Assembly (NCBI RefSeq): GCF_004010195.1
Contig: NC_057725.1
Span: 20,362,553-20,426,552, forward strand
Source: Chiloscyllium plagiosum
Lineage: Eukaryota
Direction of reading: 5' to 3'
DNA length: 64,000 nt
Both the position numbers and the translations under genes were made by a program. The notes under the pieces were generated by a model, which saw nothing but the letters and a program-made list of their open reading frames with translations, had not been told where the DNA came from and made no database searches. This document shows, in pieces, positions 36,628-49,819 of this stretch; positions within the stretch are counted from its first letter, which is position 1, and each line of letters starts with the position of its first letter.

Positions 36628-39600
36628 CTAAAAATCAAATGAATTATCATTAGGTATTGTATCTTCTGCACTGATCAGTTCAGGTTCTACAGTTGCACAC
36701 TTGATGTCCTTTAACGTATTGTGTACTTCCATGAACCGTTGCAAATATTTTGAAGTGTACAGCCAGTGATGCTTCAAAATGTCTTCCAATTCATAGCTTT
36801 TGGACTGCCTTGCATTCATTTTCCTGAAACGCCGGAAGAGTTTGTTGCCTGATTCATTGCCTTCACTCGCCCACGCACCTATAGAGCCATCTCTTTCAAT
36901 GATCTCGGGGACGTGAGCCAGTGTTTTGTGCAGGTAGTTGGTGATCTTCCCTTTGTATCTGTGCTTGAACTCTGTATGAAGCAGTTCTGCAAATCTCTGG
37001 GAATTGTAGCTGTACTGACAAAGAAGGTCAGGACACTCCCTGGCTGGAAACGTGGAACGCCACACTGGTTTCATCTGAAGATAAAGGTGCATGAGCTCCC
37101 TGAGGATTTGCCGCCTTTCTTCAGACGGAATCAGTTCACACACAGCCTCGACCGTCTCTTTAGTCATTAGCTTCCGTGCAAAATTTCCATTCAGCCTCAT
37201 GACAGGCTTCAGGTTCATCTTCTTCCTTAAGTGCTTGTCAAGCATCGCTTGCCACCGCTTCCTCTCCTCCTTGGAGGTGTTCGGATTTTTGTACAGCTCC
37301 CCAATCTCGTCCTGGAAGAGCTTGTAGAACTCGGTGGCGTTTCCAATGTCGCAGTGCAAGGCATCGATGGACGGCTGAGTTTCGATGAATGGCTTTGCTG
37401 AAACCCCCTTCACCCGGTCACGCAACTCCTCCGCGGTTTCGCAGTACGGGTTGGAGCGCCAAATCTCGTAGCGCACCAAGTTCTCTTCGTGGCTCCTTGT
37501 TATGGAATGAAAAACCAGGTTCTGGGAAGCCTCATATCGTGTGGAATCACACAGCGTACAGACGAACATCGAGCCCGAGGCTTCGAGGCCTTCCATTTCC
37601 CGAACAAGCTTCTCATCATACCCTGTGCCCCTAAAGATAAACCGGAAGGATCTGTGCAAGTCCCCAATCTCAAGGATCAAATCACTAGTCTTCATAGCTT
37701 CTCGCTCGGCGATTACTGGGCCCAGGATCGCTGTCAACGTTTCGTGGTCAGATTCGTCCGCCAACATCAGGGAAAGTGGTCGGCAGCACAGCTCAGAATT
37801 AGGCTTCAACTCCTCTAAAATTACCACTTTCTCATCGTTGTTATTCATCACACTTATGCTCATGATTGTAAAGGAAAACCTCACTGCCTTTTCTGGAACA
37901 GGAGGACCGCATCCGTGTTTCTCGCTGACGTCGCCCATTCCATCACAAGACTCCTTGATTACAACAGTAAACGGTCCACTCACAAACTCGTCTACGCTAT
38001 GGCGTTTTAAACCTTCTAGAATATCGTCCTCAAGCTCCTTCACTGTTGTAGCAAGTGCCACATCATACCTAAACCGTCTTGAAATGGTTTCCATTGGATA
38101 ATCATCAATACATTGTGTCCATCCACTCAGACCATCTATAATTCCCACTTCAGTGTTTGTCGAGACGTTTGCCAGAGGGGGCTGCCACTCAAATGAATAA
38201 TAACCTGGCAACAGTATTTTTTCTGCATTTCGAAGAGCATGCAATGGCTGGAAGATCTGCTTCCCAGTTGTTGCTTTGACTGTCCTGTACATTTTATGAT
38301 ACTGACTGCAACTCAGAAATGTGTTCACTCTAATGGCAAGGCAGACTGCTGGCTTCAGTTCGGATCCTTTGCCCTGCATTACCGCTTCCAGCTCATCTGC
38401 TTGCCTGTGCTCATTGCCAGCTCTGAGTGCCAGAAGTAACAGAGTCAGGCAAACGGATTTTACGTCACCATCTTCCTCTTTGTCTGCGAAAGCCTTCACC
38501 TGAAGTTTCAGATCTCTCAGACGATGCTTTTGAGCTCTTCGGGTGAGAGAAAGCAAATGTAGTCTTGGACGACCTCCCTTGTTCACTGGTGAGTAAGCGT
38601 TCTTCATTCTCGTTTCTTTATGGTTTTGAGCATGATTCGAATATTCACCGAGTCTCACCTCCATTTCACAATCAGTTGCTGGACATTTGAGTACAAGTGA
38701 ATTGAGAACATTTATGAATGATTTAACAGGGCTTAAGAGCTCTTTGGGACCACAAGGAAATCTACAAACTGGGCAATACTTGCCTAGGACAGCAATGCAT
38801 TTGAGGATACACGTTCTGCAGAACAGGTGCTTGCAAGGTGATTGCACAGGGTCAGCAAGTAAGTGCTCACAAACCTGACATGACACGGACTGGATAAAAT
38901 TATTGGGATAATCAAGCACAAGGAGTTTTGAAGTTAGATGAAACTTCTTGCAGTTGACAATCTTTCTGGCCAATAACAAACTTGTGCTAGTCAACTGATC
39001 TTTTCTTTTAATGACTCTTGGTCTGACTGGAGCATCAGTTGTGACTTTAGGCTTCTTTGTGACTGGTGGACTTCGTTTCAGACCTTTTCGTTTGCGGGCC
39101 CCACTCAAAAAGTTGCAAATGCTGCAAAGATTGGAATGTGGTTTCCACTCAACGATTGCACTGATCGGAAAGAATGCATCTTCATTCGTTGTATTGTTAA
39201 TTGTCTGAATCACAATACGCCAACAGTTATAGCAGAAGTGAGTGGGATATCTGGCTTCTGTATCTGTCTTGACATCAATCCTAAATGTGTTACGGATGAG
39301 TTCTGGCCAAAAACACTCACCATATCCCATTTTCCTGAGCACCTCTTGGGTGACATCATCAACAGGACCATTCACTGGGTATTTCATATCATGACAGTAG
39401 GTGTTAAAGGCAACTCCACAAATGCGACAGAGATTTTGCAATCGCAATATATGCTCTTCCAAAGATTTTGCTTTTATTTGGCTAAAGTCGCAGGACTGGT
39501 TTTTTGATGGGTCGCATTCTAAAAGCATTTGTTCCAGGGCCTTATCTTCAAAAGTTTTTTTGTCCAAAGGCAGTGTTTCTAATGGCATAGTTCCCACTGG

Positions 39601-39774
39601 TTTGCTCTGTGGTAATGGGGAATGCCGAAGTAGGCCATGAACTGGTGTAACCGTCTCTGTCTCATAAAGCTTTTCCATTGAAACTATGACTTCCTTCTGG
39701 GTATTTTTGATTGGCCTGGTTTCTGCATATAAGAAGTCATCAGGTAACAGTCGTAGAGGCATCTTCATTTCCAT
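36628..39774 (-). CDS. RAG1: V(D)J recombination-activating protein 1, 1048 aa, single coding exon
   Basis: N-terminal CRICG and HFCxxCW zinc motifs, C3HC4 RING, NBD GGRPR, catalytic ESCDGMGD / GTGYDEK / SEGNESGNK. Acceptor ttctgtcag| with the exon starting at 39786. Confidence 0.99.
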   Translation of the reverse strand: MEMKMPLRLLPDDFLYAETRPIKNTQKEVIVSMEKLYETETVTPVHGLLRHSPLPQSKPVGTMPLETLPLDKKTFEDKALEQMLLECDPSKNQSCDFSQIKAKSLEEHILRLQNLCRICGVAFNTYCHDMKYPVNGPVDDVTQEVLRKMGYGECFWPELIRNTFRIDVKTDTEARYPTHFCYNCWRIVIQTINNTTNEDAFFPISAIVEWKPHSNLCSICNFLSGARKRKGLKRSPPVTKKPKVTTDAPVRPRVIKRKDQLTSTSLLLARKIVNCKKFHLTSKLLVLDYPNNFIQSVSCQVCEHLLADPVQSPCKHLFCRTCILKCIAVLGKYCPVCRFPCGPKELLSPVKSFINVLNSLVLKCPATDCEMEVRLGEYSNHAQNHKETRMKNAYSPVNKGGRPRLHLLSLTRRAQKHRLRDLKLQVKAFADKEEDGDVKSVCLTLLLLALRAGNEHRQADELEAVMQGKGSELKPAVCLAIRVNTFLSCSQYHKMYRTVKATTGKQIFQPLHALRNAEKILLPGYYSFEWQPPLANVSTNTEVGIIDGLSGWTQCIDDYPMETISRRFRYDVALATTVKELEDDILEGLKRHSVDEFVSGPFTVVIKESCDGMGDVSEKHGCGPPVPEKAVRFSFTIMSISVMNNNDEKVVILEELKPNSELCCRPLSLMLADESDHETLTAILGPVIAEREAMKTSDLILEIGDLHRSFRFIFRGTGYDEKLVREMEGLEASGSMFVCTLCDSTRYEASQNLVFHSITRSHEENLVRYEIWRSNPYCETAEELRDRVKGVSAKPFIETQPSIDALHCDIGNATEFYKLFQDEIGELYKNPNTSKEERKRWQAMLDKHLRKKMNLKPVMRLNGNFARKLMTKETVEAVCELIPSEERRQILRELMHLYLQMKPVWRSTFPARECPDLLCQYSYNSQRFAELLHTEFKHRYKGKITNYLHKTLAHVPEIIERDGSIGAWASEGNESGNKLFRRFRKMNARQSKSYELEDILKHHWLYTSKYLQRFMEVHNTLKDIKCATVEPELISAEDTIPNDNSFDF

Positions 39775-40819
39775 AATGACTGGTATCTGACAGAAGTAAA
39801 GAAAAATGATTCTTGGTTAAAATAGGATGAGAGTTCAGCACCTTCAGATGCAAAACAGTTTTATGTTCAACACCAATTCACAGCACTCACATTTAAATTA
39901 TGCAATATTCAGAAAACTGCATTTCTGTATAAAAATTGAGTTTCTGATCCAGTTCAATGAAGGACCATCATATCCAATATCAGGGGATTAACGTTAACCT
40001 AAAACCCTAATGGGAATTATAGTATGGGGAAAGCTGCTCATTCCAGTGAAGAGTATGTTTGAGCAGGTGTAAGGAAGGCTATCTGCTTCTATTCCCATTG
40101 GGTCAGTTATGTTAAAGTTGCACCTTTAATGATGAAAAAGATTTCCTTAGCTAAGAAAGAAAAAACTTAGAAAACTATTCCCACATGATTTTTATTTTAT
40201 TCATTTAAGATTCTCACTACAGATTGTACAGGCAGCGTGAAAATGCAACTTGGTAAAAGCACTGTTCAGCCAGACATGATGGTTATCTTCAAGCTTCATC
40301 ACGCCTGAAAAAACAGGACAACAGCTGAACAATTGAGACTTTGGTTTTCACTCTCGTAACTTAAGGACATGTTAAAATAATGTTAAACTGCAGCTTGCCT
40401 GACCACCTCCATGTACAAATACCTTCCTCCAGTGCTTTCTCTTCACAATGTTATCACCTGTCTTTGTATAAACGTAATTGTTAGTGCATTGTTTCATTAT
40501 TTTTATCAGCTTTACTAGGCAATAACTCCACTCACTTGTACTCAAGAAAACCTTGGAATTGACTCTCCTTCAATTTTAATCTAGTTAATTAAATTTATTT
40601 GAAGTGCAATTTAGCCACGTACTAAAAAATCAATAAAAATATTTACAGAAAGGGAGTTTTAAAAGAGGGGAGTGAATCACATAGAAATATATAAGTGACA
40701 ACAAGATAGCATATCTAACCAGCCTTCATTTAATGGCAGATAACTAATTACAGGTAGTTTCAATCAATGTCCTCAGCTTAGAGTGCAAAGCAGACTTGCC
40801 TGAAATTAATCACATCATG

Positions 40820-41165
40820 GTGGCTCAGTGGTGGGTAGCATGGTGGCTCAGTGGTTAGCACTGCTGCCTCACAGTGCCAGGAACGCGGGTTCAATTCCAG
40901 CCACGGAATGCAGGCTGTCTGTGTGGAGTTTGCACATTCTCCCCGTGTCTGCGTGGGTTTTCTCTGGGTGCTCCGGTTTCCTCCCACAATCCAATGATGT
41001 GCAGGTCAGGTGAATTGGCCATGCTAAATTGCCCCATAGTGTTAAGGTATTTGTCAGGGGTAAATGTAGGGAAATGAATCTGGGTGTGTTACTCTTCGGA
41101 GGGTTGCTGTGCACTTGTTGGGCCAAAGGGCCTGTTTCCACACTGTAGGGAATCTAATCTAATCA
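40820..41165 (+). mobile_element. HE1-type V-SINE in RAG1 intron 1
   Basis: Full head, V domain and tail ending in (AATCT)n. Confidence 0.9.
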
Positions 41166-41409
41166 CTGTTACTTTTTAATTGCAGTTGGTGGTCAGTTAA
41201 CTTAGTTGGTTGGATGACTAGTGATACCAAATACCAATACAGAGTGATACCAAAAGTACAGGTTCAATTTCGATACTGGTTGAGGTTGCCATGAAGATTC
41301 CTCCTTCTCAATCTCTCCCCTCACGATGACCCTCAGATTAAACTACCACCACTTGTCCCTCTCTAATGAGACACAGTTCTCTGGGGCTATGGCAACTTTA
41401 CTTCAAGGT

Positions 41410-41575
41410 AGACATGATGTGTTGGACTGCGATGGACAAAGTTAAAAATCACACAACACCACCAGGTTATAGTCCAACAGGTTGACCTATCAAGTGATGA
41501 AGAGCAGCGCTCCGAAAGCTAGTGCTTCCAAATAAACCTGTTGGACTAAACCTGGTGTTGCGTGATTTTTAACTT
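41410..41575. mobile_element. Penelope family B palindromic mini-element with a degenerate hammerhead
   Basis: Inverted arms around GTGATGAAGAGCAGCGCTCCGAAAGCTAGTG. Confidence 0.75.
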
Positions 41576-42858
41576 TACTTTAAAGTCTTTTCTCAGGGGG
41601 CAGTCAATGTCAATGATTCATTACATAAAAGAGGCTCTGTCAACTTAAGTATTTAACAAAAGACAGAAAGCCCAAGGTTTGTGAAAATAGGTTAGGGTGA
41701 CTCAAGTCTTTAAGAACTATCTAAATCTGAAGATTCACCCTTTTTTCCAGATGAATCATACAAAGTATAATTTCGAGCAAGGAGAATTATGTATTATTAG
41801 TTATTTGTACAGTCCTCAGAATGAATATTTTGATATTTAATGCAATGCTGTACACAAACTAGTTTTGTGTTATCTGGAATATATCAATTTTTACTGTGAA
41901 TTTTTACCTCTTAAAAGTAGAGATAAGATTATACCTAAGGAAACACTTCCAAACTTTAATAACAGCCCTTGGTAAATTGTCAGAACCCACACACATCCCA
42001 GTTTAGATTTTAATCAACTTATAGAGTGAGGAAGGCTACAAGATAATACAGTTGCACCACCTAGCCCACGAAACCAGAACAGCACACATTAAGTTTTTAA
42101 AACATTTTTCATGTTATTTTCTACACATAACCAAATATTACATTTTGTAAGATAAGTCAGCAATGATAATGTTTGCAAGCTGCGCAACATGTTTGATATT
42201 TTCCAAACACCTATGCATGCCAGAATCTAAACTGCTAACTGAGAATATTGGTTTTCATTTAATTTTTTTTTAAACTACACATTCACAGCCTATTTCCAAT
42301 CAGGTTTGTACCTTTTAAAAGTTAATACACAAAAATAAATAGATTTTATCAATGTTAACCACTAGAGTTTGAATTAGTTCCCATCATTTCATAGAAACTA
42401 TCATTTAACTCGCTTTTCTAAGGTGTTTCCCACCAACTCTTCATACTTTTCTTAACATTCTTTCTAACATAATGCAACTTCAATATTCTCTGATATCCAG
42501 TGAAATGGGTGAAAAAGCAGCTGTCAATTATGAAACTGAAAAATATTCTCTTTGATGCATATTTGTTTTATCAAATCCTAATTTAAAATACAAATATAAC
42601 ATGTATCTAAGTATAAAATAAATGGAACTGATCAAGTGCTGTCTCTTGCCCCTTTACCTTTTTACCTTTTAGCATATTTTATTCCACATAATAAATACAA
42701 GGTACATATGACATGACAAGAATCTTGTGTAATATTAAGCTGTATATCTTAGAATAAACTTAACAAAAACATGACTCACAATGCTCAGAATGCCTTTCCA
42801 AACTGAATTAAATTTGTCATTGTACAAGTATTGATAGCAGTGACAACTTCTCCATTAC

Positions 42859-43035
42859 CTTTCTCTCACAGAATATGTTTTTCACAGAGGACTCCCATCT
42901 GTTTCATACCATGAAGTAAACTCTGAAATAACAGGAACTCTCTCTATCTCTTCTACCTCTGTGGCAGCTGATGTGGTGACCTGCCTCTTTACCATATCAC
43001 TCCTAAACCAACATTCTCACTTAACCACACTTCAA
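42859..43035 (-). promoter_or_regulatory. RAG1: Probable RAG1 promoter and non-coding exon 1
   Basis: In minus-strand order: GTGTGGTTAA (RUNX, 43023-43029), ACCACA (RUNX, 42972-42977), CAGCTG (42965-42970), a purine-rich run, CAGATG (42896-42901), then donor AAG|GTAATG at 42859/42858. This implies intron 39787-42858. Confidence 0.65.
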
Positions 43036-43689
43036 AACTTTTTATTGTGAGTGGGTCCTTTTCTTTTCATTATTAAATTAATTGATACTTTATGTAGCAT
43101 TCTTGATTGTTATTTTATGTTTTAATCTTATTGAGGTTGTTTTTTTTCTTTCTCGTTTACTTTTTTGTGCCTCATATACATAACATAAATATTAAAATCT
43201 CAACTGTTAATTTATCTTTATTGTTAGAATTTGTTGCTTCTGTTACTTAATGCCAATGGCTATTTTTGAATTAATTTCCATTCTATCACCTTTAAACTTT
43301 AGTCTCATTTACCAGAGTTCTCAATCTCCTTTTGTTGCAGACATGCAGAATACTGCCATCTTATGGATTGGTACAGCTTTGCAATATTCATTGAGCTATT
43401 TACAGTGAATCTCATTTGAACAATAAATATCCACCTCCACCAAGCAAATAAATGTGAATAATTTCAAACGTTTTTGTTCTTTCTGCATTCACCATGTCTC
43501 CTGATATAGTTTTGCATTTGCAATAAACGTGTTTTCAAATTGGTCTTTCTTGTAATTTTCACTGCAAAAGCTGCACAGCACAACATTTGGACACATGTAA
43601 TAACAGGATTTGATCTAGATTGGAAAAAATCTTGAAAATACAGACAGTGCACAATACTTTGAATACTCCATTAATTCTAAAGAATATAG

Positions 43690-45665
43690 GGGAGGAATTA
43701 AGTACCATCACCTTCAGTAGAGAAGTAGTATTAGACAAACTAATGGTTCTGATGGCTTGCATCCTCGGAATGTAAAGGAGGTAGCTACAGAGATAGTGGA
43801 TGCATTGTTTGTAATTTTCAAAAAACTTGCTGGATTTTGGAGAAGTACCAGAGGATTGTAAACCTGCCAATCTATCCAGAAAAACAGGAAGAAATAAAGC
43901 AGGTAAGTGTAGGCCGATTAGGCTAACACCTATTGTTGGGAAGGTACTGGAATCAATTATTAAAGAATTAATAGCAGAACATTTGGACAGTCATAATTTA
44001 ATCAAGGAGAGTCAGCATGGCTTCATGTCTAATTTCAATTATTTGAGGAGGTCTCAACCACAGTGGATAAAGGGAAACCAGTCGATGTGTTGTATTTAGA
44101 ATTCCAGAAGGCATTCAATAAGGTACTTCACAAAAGATTAAGTCATAAGGTAAGAATCTACAGTGTTGGAAGTTATATATTGGCATGGATAGGGAATTGG
44201 TTATTGGCAATAAAGAGCGAGTGAGGAAAAGGGCTTCTTTTTCAGGATGGTGACAACAGGGGTTCAACAGGGATCAGTGCTAGGACCACAACTCTTTACA
44301 ATATACAGAGGAACCTCGATTATCCAAATATCAATTATCCAAATTTTGGATTATCCGAAGAAGATCTCAAGGTCCCAATAGAAATATTCCATCAAAGAGG
44401 TATTTCAACACTGATCATGTCTTTTGTTTCCAAAGATTAAAAAAAGAACTCGGCTTACTGAAATGCTGCCGAGAACAGTCCTGGACATCGATTGGAGTCT
44501 AGACACTGTCACCAAATGACTGACTGCCTGCACCCTCTCTCCTCCCACACTTTCTTTGGAGTTCTACACAGGGGTGTACGCTAAACCCACCCCCCCCCCA
44601 CCCCCCTTCCCCAGACAATCTCTCCAACATTGTCCTGGACAGGGCAAAGGTGAAACCTGTCAAAACATTGCAGTAAAAGGTTGTGTGTGTATGTACGCTA
44701 TTTTGAGACTCACTCCCCCAATTGGGGGGCAGACGGGGCCGGGGGTGGGGGCGGGGGCGAGGGCTCGCATGCCTTATGCTGCTGCCTAGTCTCGCTGTGT
44801 CAATCCCATTGAACTGATTGGGGGAGGGGATGTGGAAGGCTTCAGCAATGCTGCAGGTCCCTTACACACAAGTGTGTTTCTGCTCAGAAACAAACCCTGA
44901 GACAGAGAGAGGGAGCAAGGCAGGCAGAGCGAGGAAAAAGGAAACTTCAGAAAACTCCAAGCCCCAGAGGAGAGGCATTGAATCAATTAACCGAATAATC
45001 AATTATCTGAACAAAATATTGCCAGCCCATCTCATTTGGATAATTGAGGTTCCTATGCATATCAATGAGTTGGAGGAAGGAAGTGAATGTACTGCAGCCA
45101 AACTTGCAGACAATACAAACATTAATGGAAAGGTTGTGAAAGGGATACAAATAGTTTACAGAGAGATATCGAAAGGTCAAACAAGTGGGCAAAATGTTGA
45201 CAAATGGAGAAAGTGGGAAAATGTTAAGTTGTTCATTTTGGAAAGGAGAATTTTTAAAAAAGAATATTATTTATTATTCTGCAGTAAAACTGCAGAAAGT
45301 TGCATTACAAAGTGACTTGGAGGGACTTGTACATGAAATACAGGAAGCTAACACATTGGTGCAGCAGGTAATCAGGAAAGTTAATGAAATGTTGGCCTTC
45401 ATTTCAAGAGAGTTGGAGTATAATAGTAAGGAAGTCTAACTGTAACTGTACAAGGTGCTGGTGAGACCATATCTGTAATACTGTGAGCAGTTTTGGTCCC
45501 CTTATTTAAGGAAAGATATCATTTCATTAAAGCAATTCAGAAAAGGTTCACTTGGATGATCTGTGGTATGGATTGATTATCTTATGAGAAACGATTAAAC
45601 TGTTGAGACTCCACTCACTCGAGTTTAGACCAATAAGAGGTGATCTCATTGACACATATAACATT
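43690..45665 (+). mobile_element. CR1 LINE remnant
   Basis: RPIRLTPIVGKVLESIIK and ESQHGF. Confidence 0.85.
44306..45057. mobile_element. Non-autonomous Tc1/mariner (Tigger/pogo-like) element nested in CR1
   Basis: TIRs CAGAGGAACCTCGATTATCC / GGATAATTGAGGTTCCTATG, inserted at a TA. The CR1 RT sequence (FTIY|INEL) resumes across it. Confidence 0.8.
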
Positions 45666-45667
45666 CT

Positions 45668-47110
45668 TAGTCCCACCTGCCAGCACCTGGCCCATATCCC
45701 TCCAAACAGTTCCTGTTCATATATCCATCCAGGTGCCTTTTAAACATTGCAATTGTGCTAGCCTCCACCACTTCCCCTGGCAATTCATTCCATATACGTG
45801 CCACCCTCTGTGTGAAAAAGTTACCCCTTACATCTCTTTTATAGCTTTCCGCTCTCACCCTAAACCTATGCCCTCTAGTTCTGGACTCCCCCACATCTGG
45901 GTAAAGCCTTTGTCTAGTTATCCTATCCATGCCCATCATGATTTTATAAACCTCTATAAGGTCACCCCTCAGCCTCCGACGCTCCAGGGGCAACCTCCCC
46001 CTATAGCTCAAATCCTCCAACCCTGGCAACATCCTTGTATATCTTTTCTGAACACTTTCAAGTTTCACAAAATCTTTCCGGTAGGAAAGAGACTAGAATT
46101 GCACGCAATGTTCCAAGAGTGACCAAACCAATGCCATATACAGCTGCAATATGACCTCCCAATACCTGTACTCAATACTCTGACCAATAAAAGAAAGCAT
46201 AACAAACGCCTTCTTCGCTATCCTATCCACCTGCGACTCCACTTTCAAGGAGCTATGAACCTGCACTCCAAGGTCTCTTTGTTCAGCAACACTCCCTAGG
46301 ACCTTACCATTAAGTGTATAAGTCCGGCTAAGATTTGCTTTCCCAAAATGCAGCACCTCACATTTATCTGAATTCATCTGCCACTTCTCAATCCATTGGC
46401 CGATCTGGTCAAGATCCTGTTGTAATCTGAGGTAACCTTCTTCGCTGTCCATTACACCTCCAATGTTGGTGTCATCTGCAAACATACTAACTGTGCATCG
46501 TATGCTTACATTCAAATCATTTATATAAATGACAAAAAAGTAGAGGACCCAGCACCAATCCTTGTGGCACTCCACTGGTCACAGGCCTCCAGTCTGAAAA
46601 ACAACCCTCCACCACCACGCCCTGTCTTCTACCTTTGAGCCAGTTCTGTATCCAAATGGCTAGTTCTCCCTATGTTCCGTGACATCTAACCATGCTAACC
46701 AGTCTCCCATGCGAACCTTGTCGAACGGCATACTGAAGTCCATATAGATTACATCTACCGCTCTGCCTTCATCAATCCTCTTTGTTACTTCTTCAATAAA
46801 CTCAATCAAGTTTGTGAGACATGATTTCCCATGCACAAAGCCATTTGTACACACTTAAGAAATTCCTCTCCATCTAAAACCTTAATACTATGGCAGTCCC
46901 AGTCTATGTTTGGAAAGTTAAAATCCCCTACCATAACCACCCTATTTCTGTAATTGCTATGATATCCCAATCCCATGTTCCTAACCATGCTCTGAGTTCA
47001 TCTGCCTTTCCTGTTAGGCCTCTTACATTGAAATAAATGCAGTTTAATTTATCAGTCCTACCTTATTCTCTGCTTTGTTCCTGCCTGCCCTGACTGTTTG
47101 ACCCGCCTTT
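45668..47110 (-). mobile_element. CR1 LINE, same subfamily as 853-3090
   Basis: ORFs 45667-46068, 46093-46575 and 46660-46988. Confidence 0.9.
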
Positions 47111-48038
47111 GTTCAATCAGGCAGGTTTAATACATTTGTTTCAACTTTAATTCAGCCCTTCATTCCTCATTTATACTACAAGTGTACCTTTAAGGCAAAA
47201 CAGTTTGTCTTTACACCAAAGGTAAAACTGTAAAAACTAAAATCTGAATACACTGCACACTTTCAAACTCACTTATGCAAACTAAAACACAGTTTAGAAC
47301 TTGCACTTGACTTTATAGAAAGACAAGTATATATCTATTGGGCAAGTCTAGTAACTATAAGTCTGAAGCAAAATAAATTTGCTGACAAAATAAATAAACA
47401 CAAATCAAATTATTTGAAACCATCATTTCTGCCCAGTTTGCAACAATATTACATTACTGTTAAAAATACAAGAAATATTCTGTAAGCATCACCTTGCTTG
47501 AGTAATGTGGTCCATTCCATTATAAACAGTCAAGAATAACCGTTCTACGTGGTGGTATCATAATTATGACATCAAATGCTTTTCTGTTCTTCTGTATGCT
47601 AACAGGTCAGCTTCCAGCACTTATATTGATGTTTATTTTCATTAGAAAAAGGTTATGACAGGGTGGAGGGAAACATGAGTGATTAAATTACGCAGGCACT
47701 TTACAAAACAGCGAGAGGTACCTCTGAACAAGAACAAGAAGCAGGGAATGTGATGTGATCTGAACAAAGTACAAACTAAATGAGATCTCCATAACAGATT
47801 AATCTACCAAGTGATTGGAGTCACCTTCGAATCATTTACCAGAAAGTAAGGAACATGGATCTGGAAGAAAATGAAGGTGAGACTCAAACTTTCGTTCAGA
47901 CCAAGAAGATGAGATATTCAGTAGCTTTACTCTTTCCTATTTTTAAATAATAAAACCAAGTGTTTAATTATTCATTTACTTAATTTCATTTTTCTATTTT
48001 AACTTATTTCTTTTGCTTCCCTTTCATGTCTTCCCTTC

Positions 48039-49600
48039 ATGTCAGTGGTGGGAAAGATGCTGGAGTCAATTATAAAAGATGAAATTACGACTCATTTGGA
48101 TAGCAGTAACAGGATAGGTCAGAGTCAGCATAGATTTGTGAAGGGGAAAACGTGCTTGACTAATCCTCTAGAATTTTCTGAGAATGTAACTATGAAGATG
48201 GTCAAGGGAAAGCCAGTGGATGTAGGCTTTCAGAAAGCCTTTGATAAAGTCCCACATAGGAGATTAGTGAGCAAAATTAGTGCACTTATTGGTAGCAAAA
48301 TATTGACTTGGATTGAAAATTAGCTGGCTGACGGGAAGCAAATAGTAGTGATAAACGGGTCCCTTTTGGAATGGCAGGCGGTGACCAGTGGGGTACCACA
48401 AAGTTCGGTGCTGGGACCACAGCTGTTTACAGTGTACATTAATGATATAGATGAAGGCATTAAAAGTAATATTAGCAAATGTGCTGATAACACAAAGCTG
48501 GTTGGCAGGGTGAAACGTGAGGAGGATGTTATAAGAATACAGGGTGACTTGGTCAGGCTAGGTGAGTGGACAGATGCATGGTAAATGCAGTTTAATGTGG
48601 ATAAATGCGTGGTTATCCATTTTGGTGGCAAAAACAGGAAGGCAAATTACTATCTAAATGGTGTCAGGTTAGGTAAAGGGGAAGTACGAGATCTAGGTGT
48701 TCTTGTACATCAGTCATAGAGTCATAGAGTCATAGGGATGTACGGCACGGAAACAGATCCTTCGGTCCAACCCGTCCATGCCGACCAGATATCCCAACCC
48801 AATCTAGTCCCACCTGCCAGCACCCAGCCCATATCCCTCGAAACCCTTCCTATTCATACACCCATCCAAATGCCTCTTAAATGTTGCAATTGTACCAGTC
48901 TCCACTACTTCGTCTGGCAGCTCATCCATACATGTACCAGCCTCTGCGTGAAAAAGTCACTGAAAGCAAGCATCCAGGTACAGTAGGCAGTGAAGAAAGC
49001 TAATGACATGCTGGCCTTCATAACAAGAGGAATTGAGTATAGGAGCAAAGAGGTCCTTCTGCAGCCGTACAGGGCCCTGGTGAGACCGCACCTGTAGTAT
49101 TGTGTGCAGTTTTGGTCTCCACATTTGAGGAAGGACATTCTGGCTATTGAGGGAGTACAGCGTAGGTTCATGAGGTCAATTCCCAGAATGGCTAGACTAT
49201 CATATGTTGAAAGATTGGAGCGATTGGGCTTGTACACACTTGAGTTTAGAAGGATGAGAGGGGATCTGGTTGAGACATATAAGATTATTAAAGCTTTGGA
49301 CACTCTGGAGGCAAGAAGCATATTTCCGCTGATGGGTGAGTACAGAACCAGAGGACCCAGTTTAAAAATAAGGTGTAGGCCATTTAGAACAGAGTTGAGG
49401 AGAAATATCTTCACCCAGAAGTCTCTGGATACCTTCAAGAAAGAGATGGATAGAGTTCTTAAGGATAATGGAATCAAGGATTATCGGGATAAGGCAGGAA
49501 CAGGATGCTGATTGTGGATGATCAGCCATGAATGGTGGTGCTAGCTCAAAGGGCCAAATGGCCTACTCCTTGCACCTATTGTCTATTGTCTATTGTCTTT
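48039..49600 (+). mobile_element. CR1 LINE with a nested antisense CR1 tail (about 48715-48955)
   Basis: TSGVPQSSVLGPQLFTVYINDID and QFWSPHLRKDI; tail of (CTATTGT)n. Confidence 0.9.
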
Positions 49601-49819
49601 GAGCAGGAAACACTGGGAATCACTTTAAGAAAAGGGTGAAACAGGGTTTTGTGCCAGTGCTGGTGACACCTATTTAAGAGTCTGGTTTTTGGTACACTAA
49701 ATTGTGGTAATCAGACTTCAAACTTACCTGGAGATGTAAAAATAGACAATTGCAATATGATAGAATTATTCATAAAGATGGAGAGTGACTTAGTTGATTC
49801 TGAGACTAGGCCCTGAATC

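Noticed and set aside
37541-38101. 186-aa + strand ORF and other ORFs opposite RAG1/RAG2
   Set aside because: Antisense shadows of the real coding sequence.
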